A stretch of DNA of 64,000 bases from Proteobacteria bacterium UBA2136 (GTDB taxonomy: Bacteria > Pseudomonadota > Alphaproteobacteria > UBA2136): assembly GCA_002328405.1 (NCBI GenBank), contig DCXM01000006.1, positions 711,837 through 775,836 on the forward strand, in the 5' to 3' direction. Shown here piece by piece: positions 37,275 to 46,178 of the stretch. A program made the translations under genes and the position numbers. How positions within the stretch are numbered: the stretch's first letter is position 1; every line of letters starts with the position of its first letter. Under the pieces are notes generated by a model. The model saw nothing but the letters and a program-made list of their open reading frames with translations. It did no database searches and had not been told where the DNA came from.

Positions 37275-37838
37275 TTATTTTCTGGTCAGGCGGTAATAAA
37301 GGGTAGCTTTGTCGGTTGCTTGGTCAATGTCCACCAGCAAGCGGCCACTGTCTGGCGAGCCTTTTTCGTCCAAGGCGCCGTCAATGTGTTCATCAACCGA
37401 TGCGGCAAGGTTGGCGGGCACTTCTGTAAGTTTGGCCCAAACAAAGCAAATGTCACGGCGGTTCACACATGGGCGCGGGCTGCGACCTTTAATTTTACGC
37501 ATTTCAATGCCATATTCTAAGCTGTAACGACCAAAGGATACATGGTTCTCTGAGGACATGATCATGTAAGGGCCGCTCCACCCAAGCTGACCACCGTCGT
37601 TGTTCAATAGATCCGAAAAGGTGTTGGTGTTGACAGATGTATCAAGCTGGAAGTTTGTATAAGCTTTAGAGATGTTGTCAAGCTCGGTGGCAAGGGCGGT
37701 TACTTGGGTTTGTTGAATGTAGCCGTAACCAGCGGTACCTGCAATAACACTTAAACCACTGAAGATGGCCAAGGTGATCCGTGCATCCATACCAAACAAT
37801 GCACCTGTTTGAGATTTTAATTTTTTAAATAACAACAT
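37275..37838 (-). CDS. Major pilin/pseudopilin-like protein with non-canonical leader junction
   Basis: The start is set at ATG 37838: MLLFKKLKSQTG|ALFGMDARITLAIFSGLSVIAG. Contains GWSGPY, as in GspG-type pseudopilins. First gene of the cluster, with its own terminator. Confidence 0.6.
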   Translation of the reverse strand: MLLFKKLKSQTGALFGMDARITLAIFSGLSVIAGTAGYGYIQQTQVTALATELDNISKAYTNFQLDTSVNTNTFSDLLNNDGGQLGWSGPYMIMSSENHVSFGRYSLEYGIEMRKIKGRSPRPCVNRRDICFVWAKLTEVPANLAASVDEHIDGALDEKGSPDSGRLLVDIDQATDKATLYYRLTRK

Positions 37839-38014
37839 CTTAAAGCCCTTAAATTTTAATTTGTCTTTTAATGTATGTTTATTTGCGCCTTGTTTGCAAG
37901 TTTTTTGCAAGAACTTAAGCGGTAGGGTGTGAAATCGCACTTTGTTGTTGTGTGGATTTCGTCACGCATTAAGCGCGCATTAAAAAAGAGGCCGAAGCCC
38001 CTTTTTTTTAATCA

Positions 38015-38530
38015 TTAGCGTTGCTCTTTCATCCAAGCAATCAGGTCCAGCCTGTCCTTGGCTTTGCGAATGCCAGGGAAGGCCATTTTTGTGCCCTTGA
38101 TGTATTTTTTAGGTTTGTGTAAAAAGGCGTCAATTTCGTCATCATTCCAAATGATTTCGCCTTGTTTTGCTTCAAACGCAGAGGAGTATGAGTAACCGGC
38201 TTGGCTGGCAATCGGCGAGCCGAAGATGCCCCAAAGTGCTGGGCCTGTTTTGTGTTTGCCACCGGCGTTGAAGTCGTGACAGGCTTTACATTTACCTGCA
38301 ACTTTTTTACCTCGGTCAGCGCTTGCAACGTAGTTTGATAAGTCTTCCACAGGGGCTTTCACTGTTTTAACGGCCACGGCTTCTTCAGTTTCCACCTCAA
38401 CCAAAAGCTTTGGCTGGTCCTTAGAAGATTCTACACTGCCTGTGAGGTAGTAACGGCCGCCAAAGAACACAATGGCAATTAAGTTGGCTGCAAAAACAGC
38501 GACGATAAACTTGTTTTCAAAATTTCTCAT
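38015..38530 (-). CDS. Membrane-anchored class I cytochrome c
   Basis: N-terminal TM, heme motif CKACHDF, then GPALWGIFG ... MAFPGIRK ... LIAWMKEQ. Confidence 0.85.
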   Translation of the reverse strand: MRNFENKFIVAVFAANLIAIVFFGGRYYLTGSVESSKDQPKLLVEVETEEAVAVKTVKAPVEDLSNYVASADRGKKVAGKCKACHDFNAGGKHKTGPALWGIFGSPIASQAGYSYSSAFEAKQGEIIWNDDEIDAFLHKPKKYIKGTKMAFPGIRKAKDRLDLIAWMKEQR

Positions 38531-38649
38531 GCTTAGGTTATGAAACTCGGTATTGTTATAATTATCTCATCGGTGAATAATATAGACGGATGTAACCTTG
38601 CCCGTCAATCATAATTCGTTTATCTTGTTGCAATTAAATAAAGGTATAT

Positions 38650-39465
38650 GTGCATTTGCTTGGTAAATTTTTAGGCTTATTTATTGGTTTTGGCGCAACG
38701 CAAGATAGTATTGGCGCTGTGGCTGGGCTTTTGATTGGGGCGCTTTTTGATGCCCACTTTGCCCGTGTGGAAAAACCGTATCGGAAGCGTGGCGCTTGGC
38801 AAACTGAATTTTCATACTTGGTGACGGTTTTGCACGCAAAGTTTGCCAAAATGGACGGTCAAGTGACTGCTGATGAGGTGCGGTTGTTTCAAAATGTGGT
38901 TGCTGTTTCAAAGGAAGATTTACCTGCCGTGCGTGCGGTTTATAACCAATTCCGCCGCAGTTCGGACGGTTTTGAGCATGTGGCTGTGAGATTGTCCGAA
39001 ATGTTGGCGTTTGATCCATCTTCTAAAAATCATGTGGTGGAGACTTTGTGTTATGTCATGTATGGCACAGGTCAAGGTGCAGACCTTTACCAAAAGGCGT
39101 TTATTCAAGCGGTGGCGCGGATATTTTCCATTGCGGATGCGGATTTGCAAAAATTGATGGACGGTGTGCGGTTGCAGTTTGAGGTGGGTGGCGCATCCAC
39201 AGCTGGGGCGTCATCCGGTCAGAGTGAAGGGGCTTATAACGACGCACCGTGGTTGGACCACAGCAAGGCTTTCAAGGTTTTAGGGTTGAAGGGCACGGCC
39301 ACTTATGAGGAAATGCGCAAGGCTTACAAAAAGCTGATTCGGGAACATCACCCTGACAAGGTGCGCGGTGCGGGTGGGACGGATCAAGATGTGGAGCAGG
39401 CGGAGGATCGTTTGTCCGACATCAATGAGGCTTATGCGGTGTTGTGCCAATATTATGATCGCTAA
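38650..39465 (+). CDS. djlA: Co-chaperone DjlA (TM + TerB-like domain + C-terminal J domain)
   Basis: 271 aa, colinear with E. coli DjlA as recalled. C-terminal YKKLIREHHPDKV. Confidence 0.75.
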   Translation: MHLLGKFLGLFIGFGATQDSIGAVAGLLIGALFDAHFARVEKPYRKRGAWQTEFSYLVTVLHAKFAKMDGQVTADEVRLFQNVVAVSKEDLPAVRAVYNQFRRSSDGFEHVAVRLSEMLAFDPSSKNHVVETLCYVMYGTGQGADLYQKAFIQAVARIFSIADADLQKLMDGVRLQFEVGGASTAGASSGQSEGAYNDAPWLDHSKAFKVLGLKGTATYEEMRKAYKKLIREHHPDKVRGAGGTDQDVEQAEDRLSDINEAYAVLCQYYDR

Positions 39466-39526
39466 ACTTGCGCCCATCAGGTAGCTTTGCTATATTAACA
39501 GAAAATAGCTAAAAAGAGATTTTTCT

Positions 39527-40135
39527 GTGAGCTTTCAAAGGTTTTTATGCAGTGTTTTGTGTTGTACAGCGTTGGCGTCATGCGCCATGCCTCAGGGTTA
39601 CAGCCGTTATCATCAAAAATCTGTGCCAGTTGTTTCTGCTTCTCGTGGTGCGGGGGAGTATATTTCCCGTGAAGATTCTGTCAGTTACAAGGAATATGTC
39701 AGCGCGCTGGAAGAAGCGAAAAAGGAAAGCTCTGCAAAGTCTCAACCTTCTTATGAAAATCCGATTGATGAATTTATTGCAGGGTTGGGCGATGAAGATG
39801 CAATTGAATATGAATCTTTAGAAGGTTCGTCCCTGTCGTCTCTTTGGGGGAAACCGCTGGGGAGCATTGGCGAGGGTGTTACCATTATGAATTTAGGTGT
39901 CCGCAAGCGCTTTAATGATGCGTTGAGCACTACACCTGTTGGCAGTCAAGCCAAGTGGCGTTCGGGTGAAAGCCGTTTTATTTTTATGCCCAATTCTGAC
40001 GTTTACCAACCTTATTACAGCGGTGGCAATTGCCGTGATGGGGTTTTTGTGAACCTAAGCCAAGGCCGTGAGGAAAAGGTGCGTGGCCTGTTTTGCCAAA
40101 AAGGTCGTGGGGCGGACTGGTTTTACATCCGCTAA
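39527..40135 (+). CDS. Lipoprotein, unknown function
   Basis: Lipobox ALASC near the N-terminus. GTG start. Confidence 0.5.
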   Translation: MSFQRFLCSVLCCTALASCAMPQGYSRYHQKSVPVVSASRGAGEYISREDSVSYKEYVSALEEAKKESSAKSQPSYENPIDEFIAGLGDEDAIEYESLEGSSLSSLWGKPLGSIGEGVTIMNLGVRKRFNDALSTTPVGSQAKWRSGESRFIFMPNSDVYQPYYSGGNCRDGVFVNLSQGREEKVRGLFCQKGRGADWFYIR

Positions 40136-40178
40136 ATTTCCGCTCAGATTTAAATTTTTCTGTTGAAAATACGATTGC

Positions 40179-41156
40179 TTAGTAAAAGATCGACCTTGTC
40201 AGGTGGTGTGGCTTTTGCTCATATTCCGCATTGAAGGAGTTGTTCCAAATCCACCAATCCAGCTGAATATCCGAAAATTGATTGTTGAGCATCACCTTTA
40301 ACTGGTGCACGGCTTGAATGGTGCAGGCACGCAGTTCAACTTCCATATCGCTGCCATGTTCAATGACGATGTAGTTGTTGATCTTTTCTTCCAGTTCAGG
40401 GCTATATGTCATCACTCCAAGGGCGTTGAGGAACTGGGGCAGTTTATAGTCAGCAAAAATGGTGAGTTTGTGGATGTCGTGAAAGGTGCCAAGGTCTTCA
40501 CCTTTAAAGGCGCCCCAAAGGTCAGCCGCTAAAATTTGAGCCCGTTTTAAAATGGGGGTTTCAATGCCTTGGTAGCTGGCAATGTCTCTAAAGTCTTCAA
40601 AGTGGTTGGCTACCAAGTTTGTTAAAGTAACAGCGCTTTGATTGGCTTGTTTAATAACGTTGCTGAACTGACCGTCAAATTCTTCAAGTAGGGTGCGGCC
40701 AATGTTGTGGCAAACTTCTACCCTTTTTTCCAGCAGAGGCGGAGTGTTTTGACCTGCAAAAATCTGCGCCAAATCATCTTGGGTTATTTTGGTCCAAAAT
40801 GCGGCGTTGCAAATGTCATGGGTTTCAACAGCTTTTTTTAAAGCGGTTGTCAGTGCCCAGTAGCCTTTAACCCATTCACCTTGATAGTTGACCGCCCATA
40901 GTTCTTCAGCCTTGCCATCCCAAAATGAAAAGTTAAGCGCGCTGGAAAGGAACAGGATTTGTGCTGTTTTTTCGGCGTCGCCTGTGTAATGGTAATTAAA
41001 GTCTAGCTCGGTCCACCCTGTGTTGATGCTTTCGTTAGACTCACGAATTTTGTTGGCAAGTTTAAGCATGGCGTCTTCGTGAATTTGAACATGTTTTGCT
41101 TTTTGAGCCACCTTAAGTGTTTGGGGTAAAATAGCTTGTTGGTAATGTTGAATCAC
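40179..41156 (-). CDS. Queuosine salvage protein family (DUF2419 / Qng1-like)
   Basis: FADYKLPQFLNALGVM ... GSDMEVELRACTIQAV pattern recalled from DUF2419 proteins; size 325 aa. Confidence 0.55.
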   Translation of the reverse strand: MIQHYQQAILPQTLKVAQKAKHVQIHEDAMLKLANKIRESNESINTGWTELDFNYHYTGDAEKTAQILFLSSALNFSFWDGKAEELWAVNYQGEWVKGYWALTTALKKAVETHDICNAAFWTKITQDDLAQIFAGQNTPPLLEKRVEVCHNIGRTLLEEFDGQFSNVIKQANQSAVTLTNLVANHFEDFRDIASYQGIETPILKRAQILAADLWGAFKGEDLGTFHDIHKLTIFADYKLPQFLNALGVMTYSPELEEKINNYIVIEHGSDMEVELRACTIQAVHQLKVMLNNQFSDIQLDWWIWNNSFNAEYEQKPHHLTRSIFY

Positions 41157-41214
41157 GTTGTCAATCCTTATTTGCCTTGATCTTTTGTCTTTATGGCATA
41201 GCTTTGCTTAAACT

Positions 41215-42120
41215 TCAAGGTTGGGTGTTTTCTTTTTCTATGGTTAATGGTTCTTTGCCCTCTAGGCTGTTCAGTTGCCAGTTGTGGGGCAGGTAGCCGT
41301 CAAACTCCGCACCGTACAAAAATACATAGCGTTGAATGAATCGCTGGATGTTTCCGTGTTCAAAGTCATTTTTGAACCATTGGAATATTTGCGAAACTTT
41401 GTATTTGTCTGTTTGTTGAATGCGGGTGTTTTTGGGTGCGGCTTTTATAATGGTCACACCTTTGTGGGGGTTGCGTAAAAACTTGCGGGTTTGTTTTTCC
41501 AGTTGTGTGTAAATGCGCTTTGGCCAGTAAGGTGTATTTTTAAGGTCAGGGCAGGAAAGGGCGGCGCATGTTAAGCTAAAGTGTGTTCGTGGTTCGCCCA
41601 TGCTGCGCAGTGTTTGGTGCTGAATTTGGCTTAAAGTGGTTTCTAACCCATCAATCACCCATGAAAATTCGTTCCAAGGGTCACCTACCAATCCACCAAG
41701 GTTGTGGATGCTTTGCTGTTCGCCGTTTTTAATAATCAGGTCAATGGTCAACAGGTTGTAAGCGTTGATCCAAAAACTTAGTTTCTCTTCTTTGGATGTC
41801 AATTCGGTTAAGGATGTACTTTCTAAGGCTTCCATGGCAATTTTGTGGCGCGGGTCGCGTTGCCATTCAAGATAGTTGATGCCTGTGCCGGCCATGTCAC
41901 CTTTTTCGTGGGCTTGAACATATTCTGCCAATAAGCCTTCATAGCTTTTTAAAAAAGGCATTTTTTGATAGACGCTGTCATTTTGCTGGGCGTGGGATGT
42001 CTGCGCTAAAACAAAAAGGGTTAAGCCAGCCCAAAGGGTTGTGAGAGTTGTGCGGGTGTATAACTTTAATGTGGTTGTGGTGCTTTGTGCCATGGGGGTG
42101 CTTGTTCCTTTAGTCAGCAT
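41215..42120 (-). CDS. DUF547 domain protein, secreted
   Basis: FWINAYNLLTIDLII signature of DUF547. N-terminal signal-like segment. Confidence 0.6.
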   Translation of the reverse strand: MLTKGTSTPMAQSTTTTLKLYTRTTLTTLWAGLTLFVLAQTSHAQQNDSVYQKMPFLKSYEGLLAEYVQAHEKGDMAGTGINYLEWQRDPRHKIAMEALESTSLTELTSKEEKLSFWINAYNLLTIDLIIKNGEQQSIHNLGGLVGDPWNEFSWVIDGLETTLSQIQHQTLRSMGEPRTHFSLTCAALSCPDLKNTPYWPKRIYTQLEKQTRKFLRNPHKGVTIIKAAPKNTRIQQTDKYKVSQIFQWFKNDFEHGNIQRFIQRYVFLYGAEFDGYLPHNWQLNSLEGKEPLTIEKENTQP

Positions 42121-42216
42121 CTTTTTATTGTTAAGGTTTTATTGTACCTTGGATTGATATAATATACCAGTCCACCTTCGGGCAAGTGTTGAGTGTGAAT
42201 TTTTTTTGATTTGTGC

Positions 42217-42245
42217 TTGACTTGTGAGGTGAGAGGGGATATAAG
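42217..42245 (+). promoter_or_regulatory. Sigma-70-like promoter of rpmH
   Basis: TTGACT, 17 nt, TATAAG, about 48 nt upstream of the rpmH ATG. Confidence 0.5.
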
Positions 42246-42292
42246 TCCCATCTGAATTGAATAAATTTTGAGTTTTATAAGAGGATAGAAGC

Positions 42293-42427
42293 ATGAAACG
42301 TACATTCCAACCAAGTCAGACTAAGCGTACACGCCGTCACGGTTTCCGTGCTCGTATGGCGACTACAGGTGGTCGTGAAGTATTGCGTCGTCGCCGTGCA
42401 AAAGGCCGTAAGCGTCTATCCGCTTAA
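42293..42427 (+). CDS. rpmH: 50S ribosomal protein L34
   Basis: Not in the ORF track (44 aa). Hand translation gives [44 protein letters not shown]. Confidence 0.95.
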   Translation: MKRTFQPSQTKRTRRHGFRARMATTGGREVLRRRRAKGRKRLSA

Positions 42428-42494
42428 TTGATGTAAAGACTTTATCAAGCCTGTCTGGCCTTTGCTAGGCAGGTTTTTTGTTTTGAGATGGTGT

Positions 42495-42857
42495 ATGTTT
42501 AAGTTTAAAAAAATTCAAAAAAGGTCCGAGTTTTTGGCAGTAGGCAACCGTTGCCAGCGTTTGGTTTTGCCAGGGTTTATTATTTTATTGCATCACAACA
42601 ACACTGGCGATGAAGTGCGCATTGGTTACACTGCCAGTAAAAAGGTGGGCAATGCGGTGGCACGTAATTTGGCAAAACGTCGGATGAGGGCTGTTTTTCA
42701 TCAGTTGTTTGAAAAGGGTGGCTTGCTTGAAAAATATGACGGCCCCGCACTTTCTATGAACTGGATAGCAAGGCCTTATCTGTTAACGAGGGACTTTTCA
42801 AAGCTGTTGAAAGAAACTGAAAAAGAGCTTTTGAAGCAGCTGAAGGTTGAGGGTTAG
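42495..42857 (+). CDS. rnpA: Ribonuclease P protein component
   Basis: RIGYTASKKVGNAVARNLAKRRMR (RNR-type motif). Position after rpmH. Start at ATG 42495. Confidence 0.85.
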   Translation: MFKFKKIQKRSEFLAVGNRCQRLVLPGFIILLHHNNTGDEVRIGYTASKKVGNAVARNLAKRRMRAVFHQLFEKGGLLEKYDGPALSMNWIARPYLLTRDFSKLLKETEKELLKQLKVEG

Positions 42858-42911
42858 CCCGTGCATTTTAGGCTTTTGTCTTTTTTAGATAAAATTTTTC
42901 AATTTATCTTA

Positions 42912-43172
42912 ATGAAATTTGTTGTATTTTATCGTACATTCTTGTCAGTCCTTTTTAGGCAAGCGGGTGGCAAGTGTCGGTTTTATCCAACATGTTCCAC
43001 TTACGCCGTAGAGGCTTTAAAGGTACATGGTGGTTTCAAAGGTGGTTGGCTTGCCTTAAAGCGCTTTTTAAAGTGTGGGCCTTTTCACCCCGGTGGTGTT
43101 GACATGGTTCCGCCACCAAACAGCTCAAAATGCTGTCACGAAAATGTTAAAAATAAGGAAATTAACGGATAA
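42912..43172 (+). CDS. yidD: Membrane protein insertion efficiency factor YidD
   Basis: [19 protein letters not shown] signature. The start is uncertain (GTG 42861 or ATG 42912). Confidence 0.85.
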   Translation: MKFVVFYRTFLSVLFRQAGGKCRFYPTCSTYAVEALKVHGGFKGGWLALKRFLKCGPFHPGGVDMVPPPNSSKCCHENVKNKEING

Positions 43173-44857
43173 TGAGTTCTTTTGATCCAAGAAAAAACAG
43201 ACAACCGGAAGGTAACAACGGGCTATTGTTGGCGGCTTTGGCTGCTGTGTTGTTTATGATGGGCTGGGATTACTTTGCCCCACAACAAAACAGTGTCGCT
43301 CAACCCGTGGCGGAGCAAAGCACCATCAATGGCATGCCAGGTGCGCCAGCGGCGATTGCTGGTCAAGCCATGGCCAGCGCACAAAGCTCTGATGCAGATG
43401 CGGCAAGTCCGAGTGTTCAGCGCATTGCCCTTGAAAGTGCATCCCTTTCTGGTGGTGTAGCATTGGTCGGTGGTCGCATTGATGAATTGGACTTGAAGAA
43501 CTACACCGTCACCTTAGAAGGTTCTCAAACGGTTCAGCTTTTAAGCCCTTCTGGTAAGCGTGTGCAGTTTTTTGATGCCGGTTGGCAAAGTGTGAACGTG
43601 CCTGTGCCAACAGGCAACGCCACTTGGCAAGCCAAAGGCGATAAGTTAACTCCAAAATCTCCCCTTGTTTTGACATGGTCGAATGATGAAGGTCAAACCT
43701 TTACCAGAACCTTTACCATGGACGAAAAGGGTTACACCGTCCGCATTATTGACGAGGTGATGAACAAATCAAACCGGGACATTCAGGTAGGTCACTATGC
43801 GCAAATTCACCGCGCTGATGGCATTGAACAAGGTGGCGATGGTTATGAAGAAGAAGTCAGCACTTTTTATAACTTCATTGGTCCGGAAGCGTTGATTGAA
43901 GGCATTAAGTACGAACATGACTACGATGACATTAAAAAAGAAAAGGTGTTTAAGTACACGGGGCAAAAAGGTTGGGCAGCCATCAAGTCACGTTACTTTG
44001 TCACAGCGGTTATCCCAGACCAACAGTCTGAAAATACATGGCAGTTTAAGCACAGCAAAGTCGGAGAAAGAGACTTTTACAGCGCCATCGTCCAAGCACC
44101 AATGGTGAATCTTGTGGCGGCCAATGGTGGAACATTCACCAAGTCCTACCGTGTGTACATGGGTCCAAACAAGCGTCAAGAAATGGCGAAAGAAGGTGTG
44201 AATCTTGAAGACTCTGTGGACTATGGTTGGTACCACGCTATTGCTTTGCCCATTTATAAAGCGATGATGTTTTTATATGACTATGTCGGCAACTTAGGTG
44301 TCGCCATTATTTTGGTGACCATTGGTCTGAAAATTTTGCTGATGCCATTGGCGGCGAAAAGTTACCGTTCTATGGCGCGCTTGAAGAAGTTGACACCGAA
44401 AATGGAAGCTTTGAAAGAGCGTTACGGCGACAACCGTGAGCAAATGGGCTTGGAAATGATGAAGCTTTACAAACAGCACAAGGTGAACCCTGCGTCAGGT
44501 TGCTGGCCAATGTTGCTTCAAATTCCTATTTTCTTTGCGTTTTACAAGGTTATTCTGATTTCCTTCGAGTTTAGACATGAACCATTGGGCTTGTGGATTG
44601 ACGACTTGAGCGCCAATGACCCATTCTTCGTACTGCCTGTGTTGATGGGTGCTTCGATGTGGTTCCAACAAAAGCTTAACCCACCAGCGACTGACCCTGT
44701 CCAGCGTCAGGTTATGCAGGCATTGCCGATTATTTTCACCGTGATGTTTGCCTTGTTCCCTGCGGGTTTGGTGCTTTACTGGTTGGTGAACAACGTGGTT
44801 TCCATTGCCCAGCAGTGGATCATCACCAAGCGTATTGAAAAAGCAGAAGAAAAGTAA
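43172..44857 (+). CDS. yidC: Membrane protein insertase YidC
   Basis: Large periplasmic P1 domain followed by the conserved core (KLYKQHKVNPASGCWPMLLQIPIFFAFY). Confidence 0.93.
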   Translation: MSSFDPRKNRQPEGNNGLLLAALAAVLFMMGWDYFAPQQNSVAQPVAEQSTINGMPGAPAAIAGQAMASAQSSDADAASPSVQRIALESASLSGGVALVGGRIDELDLKNYTVTLEGSQTVQLLSPSGKRVQFFDAGWQSVNVPVPTGNATWQAKGDKLTPKSPLVLTWSNDEGQTFTRTFTMDEKGYTVRIIDEVMNKSNRDIQVGHYAQIHRADGIEQGGDGYEEEVSTFYNFIGPEALIEGIKYEHDYDDIKKEKVFKYTGQKGWAAIKSRYFVTAVIPDQQSENTWQFKHSKVGERDFYSAIVQAPMVNLVAANGGTFTKSYRVYMGPNKRQEMAKEGVNLEDSVDYGWYHAIALPIYKAMMFLYDYVGNLGVAIILVTIGLKILLMPLAAKSYRSMARLKKLTPKMEALKERYGDNREQMGLEMMKLYKQHKVNPASGCWPMLLQIPIFFAFYKVILISFEFRHEPLGLWIDDLSANDPFFVLPVLMGASMWFQQKLNPPATDPVQRQVMQALPIIFTVMFALFPAGLVLYWLVNNVVSIAQQWIITKRIEKAEEK

Positions 44858-44869
44858 GGTTGTTGAGCC

Positions 44870-45487
44870 ATGGCAAAGTCGGTTAAAAGCTACTTTAATG
44901 GAGACGTCAGCCACGTTTGGGGCACTGAAGTCTCGGCCGTGGCCTTTCCGGAAGAGCGCTTGCCAGAAGTGGCTTTTATTGGCCGCTCCAATGTGGGTAA
45001 ATCTTCTTTGATCAATGCTTTGATGGGGCGCCATAAACTGGCACGCACATCCAGCAACCCGGGGGCCACCAAAGGTGTTCATTTCTTCCAAGTGAAGGAT
45101 GACTTTAACTTGGTGGACTTGCCAGGGTATGGCTATGCCAAAATTTCAAAGGAAATGTCCGCTAAAATTGCCCGAATGACCGAGCAATACTTTTCGGACA
45201 GGCGGTTACTTAAACGTGTTTATGTGTTGGTGGATGGTCGTCACGGCTTGAAAGAGTCCGACAAAAACGCCCTGCAACTTTTGACCGAAATGGGCATTCA
45301 AACCCAAATTATCTTAACCAAGATGGACAAAGTGCGCGGCAAGGGTGTTGAGGCTGTTGTGCGCAGTGTTCAAGCGGAAACGGTGGATTATTTTGTGGAT
45401 GAGTTGATCTTGCAGTCGTCATCGGAAAAGGGTTTGGGTATCGACGATATTCGCCTGTCCATCCTTAAAGCTTGTGAAATTTTGTGA
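44870..45487 (+). CDS. engB: Ribosome biogenesis GTPase EngB/YihA
   Basis: G1 GRSNVGKSSLINAL, G3 DLPGYG, G4 TKMDK. Confidence 0.9.
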   Translation: MAKSVKSYFNGDVSHVWGTEVSAVAFPEERLPEVAFIGRSNVGKSSLINALMGRHKLARTSSNPGATKGVHFFQVKDDFNLVDLPGYGYAKISKEMSAKIARMTEQYFSDRRLLKRVYVLVDGRHGLKESDKNALQLLTEMGIQTQIILTKMDKVRGKGVEAVVRSVQAETVDYFVDELILQSSSEKGLGIDDIRLSILKACEIL

Positions 45488-46149
45488 TGGGTTGGTCAAT
45501 GTTTTCGGGTAAAACGGTTTGGTTGTTTGACTTGGATGATACGCTCTATGCACCGCAAACCGGCTTTGCAAAGGCAATGAGCTTGGTTCAGCATCAGGCG
45601 TTGGCCAATCAGTTGAATGTAACGGTTACTGAAGTGAAGCCAATTTTAACAGGATTGGTGGAGCAGTACGGCGGTGCACCTTTTACAGGGCTACACAAAA
45701 CGAAGGTGATTGACATGGATCGCTTTATTGAAGAGGGTTTTGACCTAAACTATTCAAGCTTGAAGCCCGATTTGGATGTGCTGGCTTATTTAAAAGTGTT
45801 GCCTGGCCGTAAAGTGGTGTTTACCAATTCCCCTCAATGTCACGCCCAAAAGGTGCTTAAGGTATTAGGCTTAAATTCTGTTTTTGACGAGGCGGACATT
45901 TTTGACGTGGTGCGTTTAAATTTTGAAAGTAAACCGAAAAAATCAGCTTTTGAATTTGTGTTGGCCGAGCTTGCAGTGGCACCCGAAAACTGCGTGATGA
46001 TTGAAGATAGTTTAAGCAATTTAAAAGTGGCGAAAGATTATGGCATGACTACGGTCAGCGTGTATGCAGAAGGGCAAAAACCGCCTTATGTTGACATTGC
46101 ACATACCGACTTGAAGAGTTTTTTGTCAAACGTGTCAGCATGTGTTTAA
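45484..46149 (+). CDS. HAD-superfamily hydrolase (pyrimidine 5'-nucleotidase-like)
   Basis: Motif I WLFDLDDTLY, motif IV-like MIEDSLSNL. Confidence 0.7.
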   Translation: MMGWSMFSGKTVWLFDLDDTLYAPQTGFAKAMSLVQHQALANQLNVTVTEVKPILTGLVEQYGGAPFTGLHKTKVIDMDRFIEEGFDLNYSSLKPDLDVLAYLKVLPGRKVVFTNSPQCHAQKVLKVLGLNSVFDEADIFDVVRLNFESKPKKSAFEFVLAELAVAPENCVMIEDSLSNLKVAKDYGMTTVSVYAEGQKPPYVDIAHTDLKSFLSNVSACV

Positions 46150-46178
46150 ATAAAACATAATTTTTAAAAGGAGAGAAG

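Noticed and set aside
37839-37990. Sigma-54 promoter upstream of the major pilin-like gene
   Set aside because: TTGCA elements are present (CTTGCAAAAAACTTGCA on the minus strand), but no GG dinucleotide lies at the -24 position with the required spacing.
42121-42292. Replication origin next to rpmH, as in many bacteria
   Set aside because: I saw no DnaA-box matches and no adjacent dnaA; the upstream gene is a DUF547 protein. Only an ordinary sigma-70-like promoter is visible.
44495-45091. 198-aa minus-strand ORF antisense to yidC/engB
   Set aside because: It fully overlaps two strongly conserved + strand genes. His/Arg/Gln-rich composition is typical of antisense frames.
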